Position numbers and translations under genes: made by a program
Shown: positions 31,510-32,000 of the stretch, piece by piece
Numbering within the stretch: position 1 is the stretch's first letter
How the letters are laid out: the number at the start of each line of letters is the position of its first letter
Notes under the pieces: generated by a model
The model's database searches: none
Told to the model about the DNA's origin: nothing
Seen by the model: only the letters and a program-made list of their open reading frames with translations
Origin: Aciduliprofundum boonei T469
GTDB lineage: Archaea > Thermoplasmatota > Thermoplasmata > Thermoplasmatales > Aciduliprofundaceae
Direction: 5' to 3'
DNA length: 32,000 bases
Assembly (NCBI RefSeq): GCF_000025665.1
Contig: NC_013926.1
Span: 90,001-122,000, forward strand

Positions 31510-32000
31510 TTTCCCTTCTTACTATTGGTACCTTCACTCCGTAGAGCTTCTCCATATTCTCCTCGTTGAGAACATCCATGACATCTCCAAAGGCAATTAC
31601 TCTCTTTCTCAAAAGCAAAAGCTTATCTGTGCATTCTACAAGGGGATTTACATCGTGGGTGACTATTATTATCGTCTTCTCTCTCTTTAATTTGTGCAAG
31701 ATTCCTGCCATTTTCATCTTTGTAGCCACATCTGTAGCAGAAAACGGCTCATCGAGAATGAGTATCTTACTGCTCTGAGCAAGAACTCTCGCGAGGAATA
31801 CCCTCTGCTGCTCACCCCCGCTCAAACTCGAGAAATTTTTATCCCAGTAGTGAAGCATACCTACTCTTTCTAAAGCTCTCTTTGCGTTTTTAACATCCTC
31901 CAACCGTATCCCAAAATAATACCTAGATAATAGAGGCATCAGGACAACATCCTTGACCTTGAGAGGAATATTTGTGTTTACTCTATCTCTCTGAGGCATA
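31466..32000 (-). CDS. ABC transporter ATP-binding protein (ZnuC/MntA-like), C-terminal part; N-terminus lies beyond the window end
   Basis: The signature LSGGEQQRVFLARVL, Walker B ILILDEPFSATD and H-loop VTHD are visible. Walker A is missing, so the gene must continue past 32000. The apparent ATG at 31999 is probably internal. Confidence 0.8.
   Translation of the reverse strand, partial: MPQRDRVNTNIPLKVKDVVLMPLLSRYYFGIRLEDVKNAKRALERVGMLHYWDKNFSSLSGGEQQRVFLARVLAQSSKILILDEPFSATDVATKMKMAGILHKLKREKTIIIVTHDVNPLVECTDKLLLLRKRVIAFGDVMDVLNEENMEKLYGVKVPIVRRENVCYVLGGDVHVHH

Noticed and set aside
1-32000. Search for CRISPR arrays, tRNA/rRNA genes, IS elements, inteins and long direct repeats.
   Set aside because: No non-coding gap exceeds 136 nt. 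I saw no periodic repeat-spacer pattern, no cloverleaf-capable segment in the gaps and no transposase-like ORF. MetRS, aCPSF1 and the other conserved proteins have uninterrupted family-typical sequences. A by-eye scan cannot exclude short or degenerate repeats.

Overview
The window looks like a compact, AT-rich archaeal chromosome segment. The gene set is diagnostic: proteasome beta subunit, aCPSF1/FttA beta-CASP RNase, Nop5, Hjc-like resolvase, Nog1-type GTPase, Trm5 and Trm11-like methyltransferases, and family-4 UDG. The K/E/I-rich proteins suggest a thermophilic euryarchaeote, but I cannot assign a species. I call 35 protein-coding genes (two truncated by the window edges). Coding density is very high and the largest gap is 136 nt. 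I found no rRNA, tRNA, CRISPR array, transposon or convincing small RNA. Most of the content is housekeeping: GluRS N-terminus, MetRS, FolD, ThiE, GDPD, a PLP decarboxylase, a Zn/Mn-type ABC transporter and a Ca2+/cation antiporter. I do not see a clear self-contained novel system such as a defence island. The observations most worth a second look are listed here. (1) A MoaE / OsmC-like / cysteine-free truncated E1 / MoaD-GG cluster, chained by overlapping start/stop codons to a compact Nop5 and a zinc-ribbon protein. (2) Nested inverted repeats just upstream of a lone tyrosine recombinase gene, which could be a dif-like core site or a terminator. (3) An anchored or secreted serpin, divergent from an uncharacterised wHTH / acidic protein / small membrane protein operon. 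(4) A DUF438-hemerythrin-PAS gene behind a TATA-abutting 16-bp palindrome, translationally coupled to an M24-fold protein that seems to lack 3 of 5 metal ligands. (5) A 1568-aa soluble orphan histidine kinase (7 PAS, 3 GAF) carrying an internal GAF-PAS tandem duplication. (6) All six convergent gene junctions have zero or negative spacing. All functional calls come from reading the translated ORFs against remembered family motifs; no database search was run.
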